A stretch of 64,000 bases of DNA, taken from the NCBI RefSeq assembly GCF_009914755.1, contig NC_060941.1; one strand, 5' to 3'. The position numbers were made by a program, and so were the translations under genes. The notes under the pieces are model-generated. The model saw only the letters and a list, made by a program, of their open reading frames with translations, made no database searches and had not been told where the DNA came from. This document shows, in pieces, positions 37,725 to 51,281 of this stretch (its first letter is position 1; every line of letters begins with the position of its first letter). The stretch is from the human T2T-CHM13v2.0 reference genome, Homo sapiens.

Positions 37725-38043
37725 TGAACTCCTGGGCTCAAGTGATCCTCCCACCTTCGCCCCCGAAGCCATTTCTTGATGCCCTAAAGAAGAAAAGTTC
37801 TAAGTGGATGTCATCACTATTAATCACCTGACAAGCACTGATCAGGCTGTATGCACAGAATTTGACAGTGGACAAACTTTTCTGTCCACCGTTCCTAAGA
37901 AAGGGGATTTCTATAAATGAAATCTCATCAGAAGAAAGGTTGGAAACCTGGCCAGGCACGGTGGCTCATGCCTGTAATCCCAGCACTTTGGGAGGCTGAG
38001 GTGGGAGGATCACGAGGTCAGGAGATCGAGACCGTCCTGGCTA

Positions 38044-38262
<219 letters not shown>

Positions 38263-38468
38263 TTATATATAAACATTTACTTAATATCATAAACGAACTT
38301 TGTTCAAAAACTCTTTCGACTGATTTCTGTTAGCTGAATCTTTTATTCAATCCCTTATCTAAAAATAAACAGAAGGCCAGGTGCGGTGGTTCATGCCTGT
38401 AACCTCAACACTTTGGGAGGCCAAGGTGGGTGGATCACGAGGTCAGGAGATCGAGACCATCCTGGCTA

Positions 38469-38651
<183 letters not shown>

Positions 38652-38714
38652 TCAAAAATAAACAAACAAACAAACAAACAAACAAACAGAAAACAGGCTG
38701 GGCACAGTGGCTCA

Positions 38715-38972
<258 letters not shown>

Positions 38973-40080
38973 TCAAAAAAAAAAGGAAAACAATTAATTG
39001 CTTTAGGATCTTCTAAAGGAAAAGGAATCTCCCCTGCCCTCTGGCCAGGGACCCCTACAGTACACCCCAAGTTAAGCTACATATTATAAAAGCCCTCTTA
39101 TTCCACGCATTCAGTTCCAGTACCAGGTGGGGTTCATCAGAGATAAATCCAGCAACCATTTAAAATGATATGTGAAAGTGTATGTATACACACACTTCAG
39201 ACATTTTGTTTTGACTTAATATACAAAAGTATATTCATTTGACAATCTTTTGAAATAGAGCTGAGTAGGTCTTATGAGTTCACTGAATAGAGCTCTTTTT
39301 TTAATAAACCATACCATTGTATTGTCTGCAATTTCCACAATTTACAGTTTGGGGGTTTTTAAAATATTTTTTGAGACTAAGTCTTGCTCTGTCACTCAGT
39401 CTGGAAGGCAGTTGCACTATCTCGGCTCACTGCAACCTCCACCTCCCGGGTTCAAGCGATTCTCCTGCCTCAACCTTTCCAGTAGGTGGGATTACAGGCG
39501 TGTGCCATGACGCCCGGCTAATTTTTGTATTTTTAGTAGAGACAGGGTTTCACCATGTTGGCCAGGATGGTCTCAAACTCCTGACCTCAAGTGATCCACC
39601 AACCTTGGCCTCCCAAAGTGCAGGGATTACAGGTGTGAGCCACCGTGCCCAGCCTGGGTTTTTCTTAAATAAGGCAAGATTGCAAAAATTTGCAAGGCAA
39701 TCTAAGTGCAGAATCTTCCTCAGTTTTTACAAAATTCCTCCCAATCTTTTATAGCTGACCCACTCATCCATAATTTCATAGCATTTCCTGAGTCAGCATT
39801 CAACTTAGGCTTCCTAGGAATAATTCTTTTTATAATCGATTTTCATCAGTTCATATAATCTTTTATGAAATTATATAATTACAGTAATAAGAACTAGCCC
39901 AACAGCTTTGGAATATATCCAACATCTCTTATGAGCCCCCAGGGCTAAAGTGTGCTGAAAGAAGTGGGGAGCGCCAGTTATATGGAGGCCAAGGAAGAGA
40001 ACATCTCCTGTGTATAAAAGCTATTTATAAACCACTGTAGATAGAGCCTACATTTTCAAATTATTTTCTAAAAGACTCAC

Positions 40081-40150
40081 CAGGTAAGGATGAAAGAATT
40101 TCTATATCTACTTGCTGGGTCTCTGGATTGTGGCTTAATATTCTTCCTTC
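40081..40150 (-). CDS. COIL: Coilin exon 5 ([23 protein letters not shown])
   Basis: Acceptor TTTTTGAAAG|GAA, donor CTG|GTGAGT; 70 nt. Confidence 0.97.
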
Positions 40151-42627
40151 CTTTCAAAAATAAAAGTCCAAGTCAAAATCAACATGTAAAACACTGTGAA
40201 TATACTAAAAACCACTGAATTGTAGACTTTAAAATGGTTAAAATGTTGAATTTTATGTTATGTGAATTTTATCTCAGTTGAAAAATTTAGAAATAAATCC
40301 ACATATAGAGAAAATAAAAACAGGTGGACTGATAAACACTTTATGTGAATATACAGAAATATCTTTAGAGGCAAAATAAAACATTTAAATCATAAATGGC
40401 AGACACTATCTTAAATAACTCGATGAAAGTAAAGATTACACCAGGGAACCAAAAGTGACTGAATAAGGGAAAAGGAGAAAAAAATCACACCAGGCTGATA
40501 TATTCAAGTGAGCACTGACCATCACAGCATTCATCAGGAGAGACTAGATATATCCTAATGGTGCAGCCTCGGTTCCTGATGCTTTTAGAACCCTTCTAAA
40601 ACAGTGATCACAACCCCCCAGGAGAAACCAGAAGGCACTTTATCACTGTTAAGATCCCAATTCTCCTTCTCCCAGGTCTCCAGCTGTGGGAGCTGATTTT
40701 CTAATGCATCAAGAGGATGCACTGCCCATGCACGTGGGCGATGGGGAGACACATGGTAGCCTCCGGGGGTATATACTGAGAGGCCAAGCAACCAGTTCCT
40801 CCTGCCTCTACCTGGAATTTCTGAGCACAGTCAACAGTTTTTTTTAAAACCAGACTCAACAGGGAATCAGGGGCTTGGGAGACTACATTTTTTAGTACAG
40901 AATTGAACCAATTTAATTTTTGGAGACAAGGTTAATGAATAAAGCAGATGATCAAGCTGGATAACTGCGTTTGAGGTCAAAGCAAAAAAGTAGGACCAAT
41001 TTTCATTCTTAAAATGTTTTTGAAAGCAATTTCAAAAATCTTCAAAAAATTTTGCCAACTAAAGTAGGCAAAACACCTTCCAACATTAATAACTATGACA
41101 ACTAATACCAATTTAATATGCAATTTTTTTTAAGAGTCTCGTTTTGTCACCCAGGCTGGAGTGCAGTGGCATGATCTCAGCTCACTGCAACCCCCACCTA
41201 CTGCGTTCAAGTGATTCTTGTGCCTCAGTCTCCTGAGTAGCTGGGGCTACAGGTGCACGCCACCATGCCAGGCTCATTTTTATATTTTTAGTAGAGATGG
41301 GGTTTTGCCATGTTGGCCAGGCTGGTCTCGAACTCCTGACCTCAAGTGATTCACCTACCTTGGCCTCCCAAAGTGCTGGGATTACAGGCATGAGCCACTG
41401 TGCCTGGCCATTAATAAGCAATTTTTAAAAATCAGTATCATCTAGAATTACAATTTATAGAGGTTGTGGGATGTATCAATACAATATTCATTTCCATTTC
41501 CTCATATATCACACAATTAAATGTTTTCTATGGTAGGGTGACAAAACACCCTGGTTTGTTCAAGACAGGTCTGTACATCTTTCCAGCATAACTATTAATA
41601 GCATCCCTTTGACTCACAAGTATCCTGATTCAGGTGATAAATTACATGATCACCTCATCCATAGGAGATAGTAAGTGCCTAAGAAGATAAAAAACAAAAC
41701 ACCAACGACCTAGAACTAACCCACCAGATCCCTTCATTAACTGATTCTTCCAGCCTGCTTTTGAGGAAAGATTTTTTTTTTTTTTTTTTTTTGAGATGGA
41801 GTCTCGCTCTGTTACCCAGGCTGGAGTGCAGTGGTGTGATCTCAGCTAACTGCAAGCTCTGCCTCCCGGGTTCACGCCATTCTCCTGCCTCAGCCTCCTG
41901 AGTAGCTGGGACTACAGGCACCCGCCACCATGCCCCGCTAATTTTTTTTTTTGTATTTTTACTAGAGACGGGGTTTCACTGTGTTAGCCAGGATGGTCTC
42001 AATCTCCTGATCTCGTGATCCACCCACCTTGGCCTCCCAAAGTGCTGGGATTACAGGTGGGAGCCACCAAGCCCAGCCTTGAGGAAAGGTTTCTATAAAG
42101 ATTTTAAGTCTTCCAAGGCATCAATCCAGATTAAATCAAATTCCCTTGTATTTTATCTATGTTACTATATTAACACTACCAATTATTACCTTAAAAAATG
42201 GTCTTACATTCCATATAGTACATCAAAAAAAAGAAAGAATGCACTTTAACAAGATTTTCAACAAAATGTTGGTGGGTGAAAAAGAAACATGTAATTCTGT
42301 GATCCCTCTGACTGAGTCAAGCTTTTACTGAACTATGAAAAACCTCACATGCCAATATAAAGACTCATACAGATATTAAGTAAGTAAATTCCACGGACAA
42401 TATTTATGAATTACCTGTGGTTAACTGATAATGCAGAAGAAATCATACTAGATCATAACAACCAGAAGTAATTCACAAATATGTAAAATAGATTCCCATG
42501 ATGAAAATAATCAAATCTTCTTGCTGAGAACTATTTATTATTTTCTTTCAAAGTTTAGAATCATGAAGGAATGAATACCCAAATAAGTTGGTCTAAACTA
42601 ATTAGAAAAAAGTAACTAAAAAAATTA

Positions 42628-42750
<123 letters not shown>

Positions 42751-43026
42751 TTAAAAACAAAAAATTAATATATTTTTTTTAAAAAAGTAAAAATTAAGCT
42801 CATCATTCTCCTACTCTATTCTTCCCAAGTATAAGGCAAATAACACAGGGAGACTTCCCAGTGATACTATTAAAGAGTTGACATTTCGATTAATGTTTTC
42901 ATTTTCTACTTTCTGGCATTTTTATTTAGTAAAAAAACAAATCTGTATTATCCATACAAGTAGTATTAAATATGACTTTAGTTTTAATAATACACTGACA
43001 ACTTACTTTTAAATAAACATCCTTAC

Positions 43027-43074
43027 CTTGTAGTCAGAGACATCAGGAGAGTAACTGGATGTTAGCTCCAAAAG
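43027..43074 (-). CDS. COIL: Coilin exon 4 (LLELTSSYSPDVSDYK)
   Basis: Acceptor TTTTTTAG|CTT, donor AAG|GTAAGG; 48 nt. Confidence 0.97.
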
Positions 43075-43320
43075 CTAAAAAAGAAGAAAAAACCCACAAA
43101 TACATAAGCCCTCTTATCCTCTCCCATTCCCACAGCTCCTCCATCATGCCATGTTGGCGTGTCCACCCCGACCAGTCTGGGAGCCCTACCGGGAACCCGT
43201 AACAACACTGGGGTTCCAGTGGGAAGGGCTTTTACAAACACATTTAACCTGATTTTCTAAGTAAGTTTATTTGGAAGGGGAATGAACCTTTTTTGCTGTG
43301 ACTGTTCTTTTGAAATATAC

Positions 43321-43407
43321 CTTAAATGCAATCTTTTCTCCAACTTGAGGGGCAGCTGCTAACAGTGGTAACAGACTATAGTCCTTCTTGGGTGTCTCTA
43401 CTGGATT
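43321..43407 (-). CDS. COIL: Coilin exon 3 ([29 protein letters not shown])
   Basis: Acceptor TTTTTCAG|AAT with branch site TGACTAAC; weak donor AAG|GTATAT; 87 nt. Confidence 0.97.
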
Positions 43408-43528
43408 CTGAAAAACAGTGTTAGTCATGTGACATCATCACTGGTGAGAAAATGTGAATCCATGACATGAACTCCACACACATTCTAAGGGGAAAGGGAG
43501 GAGATAACTTACAAAAAATAATACTTAC

Positions 43529-44636
43529 CTGGATAATAGTAGATGAATTTTTTACCACGTCATTTAATTGCTGTTGCCTCTGGTTGTCAGTGCTTCTATT
43601 TACAACACAGGAAACAGGATGCCCTCGTCCTCGACCTCTCCCCCGCATGCCCCGTCCCTTAGCTCCCTTCCAAGAAAAAAGGTTCTCTTCTCTACCCCAT
43701 CCTCTTCCTAAACTAGCAGGGAGAGACACACTGGGAGAAGCACCAGGAGCCTGTCCACCACCATTTGAGCCAGAACGCCTCCATCCAGCAGCACCTGCAG
43801 TCTGTGATGACAGCCCTGGGCCTGGACGACCTCTTCCTGCAAAAAGGCCTACTGTCTTTAAGAAACCCGCAGCACACTCCGGGGTGCTCGATGACATCAA
43901 GCATTGGTCGTCTGACTCTGCACTAGAGTCTGAACTGGAAGATGTTGTTCCAGAGGTCTTGCCCTTGCTGGGGGTAAGGCTAAAGCCAAGTTTTATAGCC
44001 AGTTTGTCTGCAGTTGTATTTTTGGTAGAGGGTTCTTCCTTTGATAACTCAGTTGGTAATTTCTCTGAGGAATTTCTGGCCTCCAAAGTGACTTTGCTGG
44101 GACCATCACTGATAGATTCATCACAAGACTCAGACTCCGAGGAGGAACTGGGACTCTCTTTTGAGCAAACGCTTACACTACCTTTCCTTTTGGCTTTAAC
44201 AAGGCTGTTTCTAGCAGAACCTTTTGGAGAACTACATCTCTGATTGGCCCAGTCTTTCACTGCCTGTACTTTCGGAGACTTGGGATTCTTAGCCTTTTTT
44301 TTATATTCACATTTCTCCTTTTTCTTTGGTGATTTTCTTTTGGCCTCTTCGTTATCATCACCCACTGTGCCACAGGTTGCTTTATTTTTTCTCTTGTTTT
44401 TTTTGCTGACAGTCTGATCTGTGACAGCTTTTGGTTCCAGATCCAAGATCTTCTCATTATTGTTATTGTTCTCTCGACTCTTCCAATGCTTCTTTGAATA
44501 TTTGCAATCTGGTTCAGTTTCTTCACCCTCCTCTAACTGAAATGCCCGCTTCTTTGCTTTTCTAAGAGATAAATTAATGTCACCATTACTGATGACTACA
44601 GAATTCTCAGCAACTCCTCTCTCTTCTAATTTAACT
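43529..44636 (-). CDS. COIL: Coilin exon 2 (aa 82-451: basic NLS/NoLS clusters, serine-rich acidic patches, RG box)
   Basis: Acceptor TTTTGACAG|A GTT AAA, donor CAG|GTAAGT; 1108 nt; contains RKAKKR, KKNKRK and GRGMRGRGRGRG. Confidence 0.98.
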
Positions 44637-45213
44637 CTGTCAAAAGAACAAGAGAGAAAGCTAGAGTGAGCAATTTATAAACACATCTCCAGGACATAGT
44701 TATATACTGAGATGACTCTACAAAATGTAACTACCATCAGTCAATGAAAAAATGTCACATCACTTAAAGACAAAAGACTCTTTCTGGCAAAATGGCCTAT
44801 GTAGCATTACTCACAGTCAACTTTCAAATGGCTAGTTTTATTTATTGAATAGCTACTGCATCCTAAACATTTTTAATACGTTTTTCTCTAATCTAAACAC
44901 CAACACAAAGTAGGTATTTTTAATTTTACAGATCGCAAAATTACAGCTCAGACAAGTTACTTGCCCCAAATCTAGAGCTGATAAGTAGCAGAAACGCAAT
45001 TCAAACTTCAGTTTGTCTAACTTCAAACTCACAATCTTTCTACAATATGCATGTCACCTACCCTAAAAGGTGATAATGCTGATTATCCATTTTGTTTCAG
45101 AATGTGGGCTTCTTTCTTTAATAAGATTTTACTCCTGTTTTAATTTAGGTGAATACTAAACAATTTATGTTCTCTAGGGTAGTGACAGCCATCTGTACAA
45201 TTCCACGACACTC

Positions 45214-46490
45214 TGTGAAGCTTAATTTTATGTATCAATTTGTCCGGGCTATTGGACGTCCAGATATCTGGTTAAAATTACGCTGGCTCTTTCCATACCA
45301 CCACAGTGGTGCACATGAATGTCTTGGCTGATGCTCTCAAGAGCATCAACAAAGCTGAAAAGCAAGGTAAATGCCAGGTTCTTATTAGGCCGAGCTCCAA
45401 AGTAACTGTCCGTTTTCTTTTTTTTATTTTTATTTTTCTTTTCTTTTTTTTTTTTTGAGACGGAGTCCCAACTCCGTCACCCAGGCCAAAGTGCACTGGT
45501 GCATTTCTCAGTTCACTACAACCTCTCCCTCCCAGGTTCAAGAGATTCTCGTGCCTCAGCCTCCCAAATAGCTGGAATTACAGGCGCCTGCCACTATGCC
45601 TCGCTAATTTTTGTATTTTTAGTAGAGATGGGGTTTTGCCATGTTGGCCAGGCTGATCTTGAACTCCTGGCCTCAAGTGCTCAAGTGATCTGCCTACCTT
45701 GGCCTCTCAAAGTGCTGAGATTACAGGCATGAGCCATCGCACCCAGCCCCATCGTCCAGTTTCTAACTATAATGATGAAGCATGGTTACACTGGCAAATC
45801 TGAAACCACTGATGATCATAGAGCTGGGAAAACTGTTGTGAACCTCACAGGCAGGCTAAACAAGTATGGAATAATCAGCCTCAGATTTGACGTGCAACTC
45901 AAAGATCTAGAAAAATGGCAGAATAACCTGCTCCCATCCCACCAGTTTGGTTTCACTGTACTGACAACCTCGGCTGGCATCATAGACCACGAAGAAGCAA
46001 GACGAAAACACATAGGAAGAAAAATCCTGGGATTCTTTTTATAACGATGTAATACGTATTTACAAATATATTGCCTCAGTGGAAAAAAAATTATGCTGGG
46101 AGTATGTGCAAGGTTGTTTCTGGATGAGATTAACATTTAAATTGCTAGACTGAGTAAAGTACATTGCCGTTTCCAATGTGGGTGGGCCTCATCCAACCCA
46201 CTGAAGGCCTGAATAGAACAAAAAGACTGAGTAAGGGAGAATTCATTTCTCTGCCTGACTCTTCAAGCTGGGACATCGGTCTTCTCCTGCCTTCAAACTC
46301 GAACTTGAACTAGAAATATACCATTGGCTCTCCTTGGTCTATAGCTTACTAAGTGAACTTAGGACTTCTCAATCTCCACAATCCTATGAGCCAATTCCTT
46401 ACAATAAATCCCATGTCTGTGAGTGAGTATTTGTGTGTGTGTGTGTGTGTGTGTGTCTTACTGGTTATGTTTCTCTGAATAACCCTACTT
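45214..46490 (+). mobile_element. MLT2 (ERVL) LTR hosting the RPS15A pseudogene
   Basis: MLT2-like text on both sides of the insert (TGTG..TTAATTTTATGT.TCAA; GATGAGATTAACATTT; GGCCTGAATAGAACAAAAAG); (TG)n at about 46433-46456. Confidence 0.75.
45287..46090 (+). pseudogene. Processed RPS15A (40S ribosomal protein S15a) pseudogene, split by an antisense Alu (about 45418-45748)
   Basis: 5' TOP-like CTCTTTCC; start codon mutated to GTG (45306). Reads [32 protein letters not shown], then after the Alu MMKHGY...[17 protein letters not shown]...[15 protein letters not shown]...KILGFF. Intronless, A-tail, TSD AAAATTA(C/T)GCTGG at 45274-45286 and 46087-46099. Confidence 0.95.
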
Positions 46491-46863
46491 CATCCAAAAT
46501 TTCACTATAGGAAAGCAATTTTGTTCCTCCATCAACAGGCAACAGCTAATCCTAGTATGTGCAGTCTGATGATGATGGAAGTCTTGAGACTGTCCTCAAT
46601 GTTAAGCAAATTGTGAGTACTCAAAAATGCCTGTTGGCCAGGCACAGTGGCTCATGCCTATAATCCCAAAACTCTGGGAGGCTAAGGTGGTAGGGTGGCT
46701 TGAGCCCAGGAGTTTAAGACCAGCCTGGGCAACATAGGGAGACCCTGTCTCTACAAAATACAAACATCAGGCTGGGCACGGTGGCTCACGCCTGTAATCC
46801 CAGCACTTTGGGAGGTCAAGGTGGGCGGATCACAAGGTCAGGAGATCAAGACCATCCTGGCTA

Positions 46864-47197
<334 letters not shown>

Positions 47198-47936
47198 TTA
47201 TACTTACAAGGCATTTACATTCAGCTATATATTTCATCAAGTTTTTTCAGTGGCCAGGGAAAGATGTAGACAATCATATTTGAAAATAAAGAACAACTGG
47301 TGAATGATAGGAGCATATGTGACAAGCATTCTTTAAATTTTTTAAGGCATAGTAATCCTGTGGATTTACCTCAATGCGGTAGTTGAAAAAAATCCTCAAT
47401 TATTTGTCAGAAAACTAACTATACAGACAAACAAATCAAGATAAAATAAGAGTTACTGATATCAGGAGTAGGAGAAAGAGACAAATAAAATGCTGAGTGA
47501 CCAGGGATTTTAAATTATAAAAACACATTCCCCTCTGTTCCCAGCTTGGCATCTAATAGCAAGGAAATAATTCTTAATCTGGCAAAAGCCAGTTTGGCAT
47601 CCTGTGAATCTAAGAACTACCATGGAAGCGCTACAATATCAGATTTTTTTCTTGACATTTCTGATCAATTTGTTTTCACTTGTAGCAATGATCCAAGCTT
47701 CAATTCTGAGATGACCAAATAGGACCAAACTTTCTGTCAAATGTTGAAAATGGTTGCAAGTCTCTGTTCAGTCACTGTGGTTTATTAAGGCCCTGGAAAA
47801 CAGCACATGTAACATCCAGTTGATGAGAACCCCTTCCTTTCCTGGAAGCTGGCAACACCCTCACGCCTTCCAAAACAGCTCTTAGCATCGTCTCATCCAT
47901 TCTTAAGACCATGCATTGGCCGGGCGCGGTGGCTCA

Positions 47937-48311
<375 letters not shown>

Positions 48312-48689
48312 TTAAAATATTAAGATTATAAACTGGTGTGGTGGCACATGCCTGTAATCCCAGCTACTCAGGAGGCAGAGGGAAGATCACTTGAACCCAG
48401 GAGTTCAAAACTAGCCTGGGCAACACAGTGAGCCCTCATCTGGGAAGAAAAAAAAAAAGAAAATATTAAGATTGAGAGGCAAAATACCATCCAGAGAAAA
48501 AGAAATGGTTCTCCTGGGTCTGCTTAGTTACCATTCCTGTCAGGTGCACCTTCCCTGGCAATATTCTCTATTTCTTTACCTGGATCACAGACAAAGAATA
48601 GAGCTATCCTTTTACAAACAAAAGTGCATGCATTTGTCCTCTCACAAGTAGAAGTGAATTACCTAGGTCACTAGTGACGAAAGAGTTGA

Positions 48690-48884
<195 letters not shown>

Positions 48885-51098
48885 TAGTAGAGATGGGGTT
48901 TTGCCACGTTGGTCAGGCTGGTCTCGAACTGACCTCAGCTGATTCGCCCGCCTCGGCCTCCCAAAAGTGTTAGCATTACAGGCGTGAGCCACCATGCCCA
49001 GCTATCCCCACTTTTCATTCTAACTCTTTGCAAGGCAAACTGAGTGGTATTATCAAAATCTAAGTCCACCCTTAAAATCTACAATTTACTGTCTAGGATT
49101 CTGTTATGCAGAAACACTGACATGCCCATCTGTCCAACCTGATGCTCCCTACCCATTGCCTGCCAAGGCCAACGTGAATGCCTGGGTTCAAATGCTATTT
49201 CTGCCACTGTAATTTTTTTTAAAATCATTACCTCAGCCTTTCTCATCTATAAAAATGGGGATAATGACAATAATTACAGTACTCAGTGACTTATTATGCA
49301 GAGAGAGCATGCCTGACTCAGAACAAGTGATATCCAAATGTTAGCTCTAATTTTTATTAGTACAATGAATGTTGTTAGTCCTATCATGGGTAAGTTGGTG
49401 AATTTTTAAAAGTTGTACAAGTCTGTACAACTTTTCTGGAAGCTAATTTGACAGTACTTATCAATTTTTATATGTACCTTCTCTTAGACCAATGAGTATT
49501 TCTTCTAAGAATAAATCCAACTGAATAATTTTCCAAGTACAAAAAAAATACAAGAATATTCACTAAAGCACTATGTAGCAAACAGAAAAGAATGACATAC
49601 ATCACACACTTTATATACTGAGATAGCCCATGATAGGTAAAAAAGCAAGGTGCAGAACAGTATGTTATGATATTTGTAGTTTAAAAGTATAAGTACATAT
49701 GGTTGCACATGTATAGAAATCTGGCTCTAAGATATACCCCATACCCCAAACTTAACCAAGGATACTTCTGGAGAGTGAGGTGTGGGAAAAAGTATATGAT
49801 AAAAGTAGTAGGAAACTTTTTATCTTGGACTATCCAAGGAGCCACTAACTACAGCAATATGAAATGAGAACTCGTCTCTAATATTTTGTTTTGTTTGAGA
49901 TGCGGTCTTGCTCTGCTGCCCAGTCTGGAGTGGAGTGACACGATCATGGCTCACTGCAGCCTCAACTTCTGAGGCTCAAGTGATCCTCTCACCTAAGCCT
50001 CCCAACTAGCTGGGACTACAGGCATCCATCACTGAGCCTAGCTAATTTTTTTTGTTTGTTTTTTGGGGTTTTTTTGGTAGAATAAGGGTCTCCCTGTGTT
50101 GCCCAGGCTGCTCACAAACTCCTGGACTCAAGTGATCCTCCCACCTCGGCCTCCCAAAGTGTTGGTATCACAGGCATAAGCCAACATGCCTGGCCCATCT
50201 CTAACATTTAATCAATGTGTTTTTTTGTTCGTTTGTTTGTTTGTTTTTTGAGGTAGGGTCTCACTCTGTCGCCCAGGCTGCAGCGCAGTGGCACCATCTC
50301 AACTCACCGAAGCCTTTACTTCCCAGGCTTAAATGATCCTCCCACCTCAGCCCCTCAAGCAGCTGGGACTACAGGCATGTGCCACCATGCCCAGCTAATT
50401 TTGTTGTATTTTTCTGTAGACATGGGGTTTCACCATGTTGTCGAGGCTGGTCTCGAACTCCTGAGCTCAGGCAATCTGCCTGCCTCAGCCTCCCAAAGTG
50501 CTGGATTATAGGCATGAGACATGGCGCCCAGCCTTCATCAAGTATTAATTGCCAGAGTTAAAAGGGTCAGGGAAGACAGAATGCACTGTTTCCTTACAGA
50601 ATTGATTCTTCAAAAGGGAGTTTCTCAGGCCGGGGGCAGTGGCTCAGGCTTGTAGTCCCAACACTTTGGGAGGCCAAGGCGGGAGGACTACTTGAGCCCA
50701 GGAGTTTGAGACCAGCCTGGGCAACTTAGTGAGACCTCTCTACTAAAAATAAAAAACTGCACCTGTAGTCCCAGCTACTCAAAAGGCTGAGGCAGGAGGA
50801 GCCCTTGAGCTCAGGAGTTCGAGGCTGTATAAGCCAAGGTTGCGCCACTGCACTCCAGCCTGGGCAATGGAGTGAGACCCTGTCTCAAAAAATAAGGGAG
50901 TCTCTCTGAATCTACTGTAATTCTGAGGGCTGCACGATTAAAAAAAATTTAAAAATTAATTAAAAAAAATTAAAAACCGCCAGACACAGTTGCTCACTCC
51001 TGTAATCCCAGCACTTTGGGAAGCTGAGGAGGGCAAATCACTTGAGGTCACAAGTTCGAGACCAGCCTGGCCAACATGGTGAAACCCCATCTCTACTA

Positions 51099-51281
<183 letters not shown>

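Noticed and set aside
43201-43216. CAGUGU in the intron 3 hairpin loop as an iron-responsive element
   Set aside because: The hexamer is not closed by a 5-bp upper stem with a bulged C (the loop is 12 nt), and it is intronic.
43313-43320. COIL intron 3 donor GTATATTT as a U12-type intron
   Set aside because: Does not match GTATCCTT, and there is no TCCTTAAC branch site; the long polypyrimidine tract indicates a U2-type intron.
43434-43442. GTGATGA in COIL intron 2 as a C/D snoRNA or scaRNA box C
   Set aside because: Lies near the 3' end of the intron with no downstream CTGA box D or terminal stem.
43467-44243. 258-aa plus-strand ORF antisense to COIL exon 2
   Set aside because: Mirror frame of the coding exon, low complexity, with no promoter, splice or domain support.
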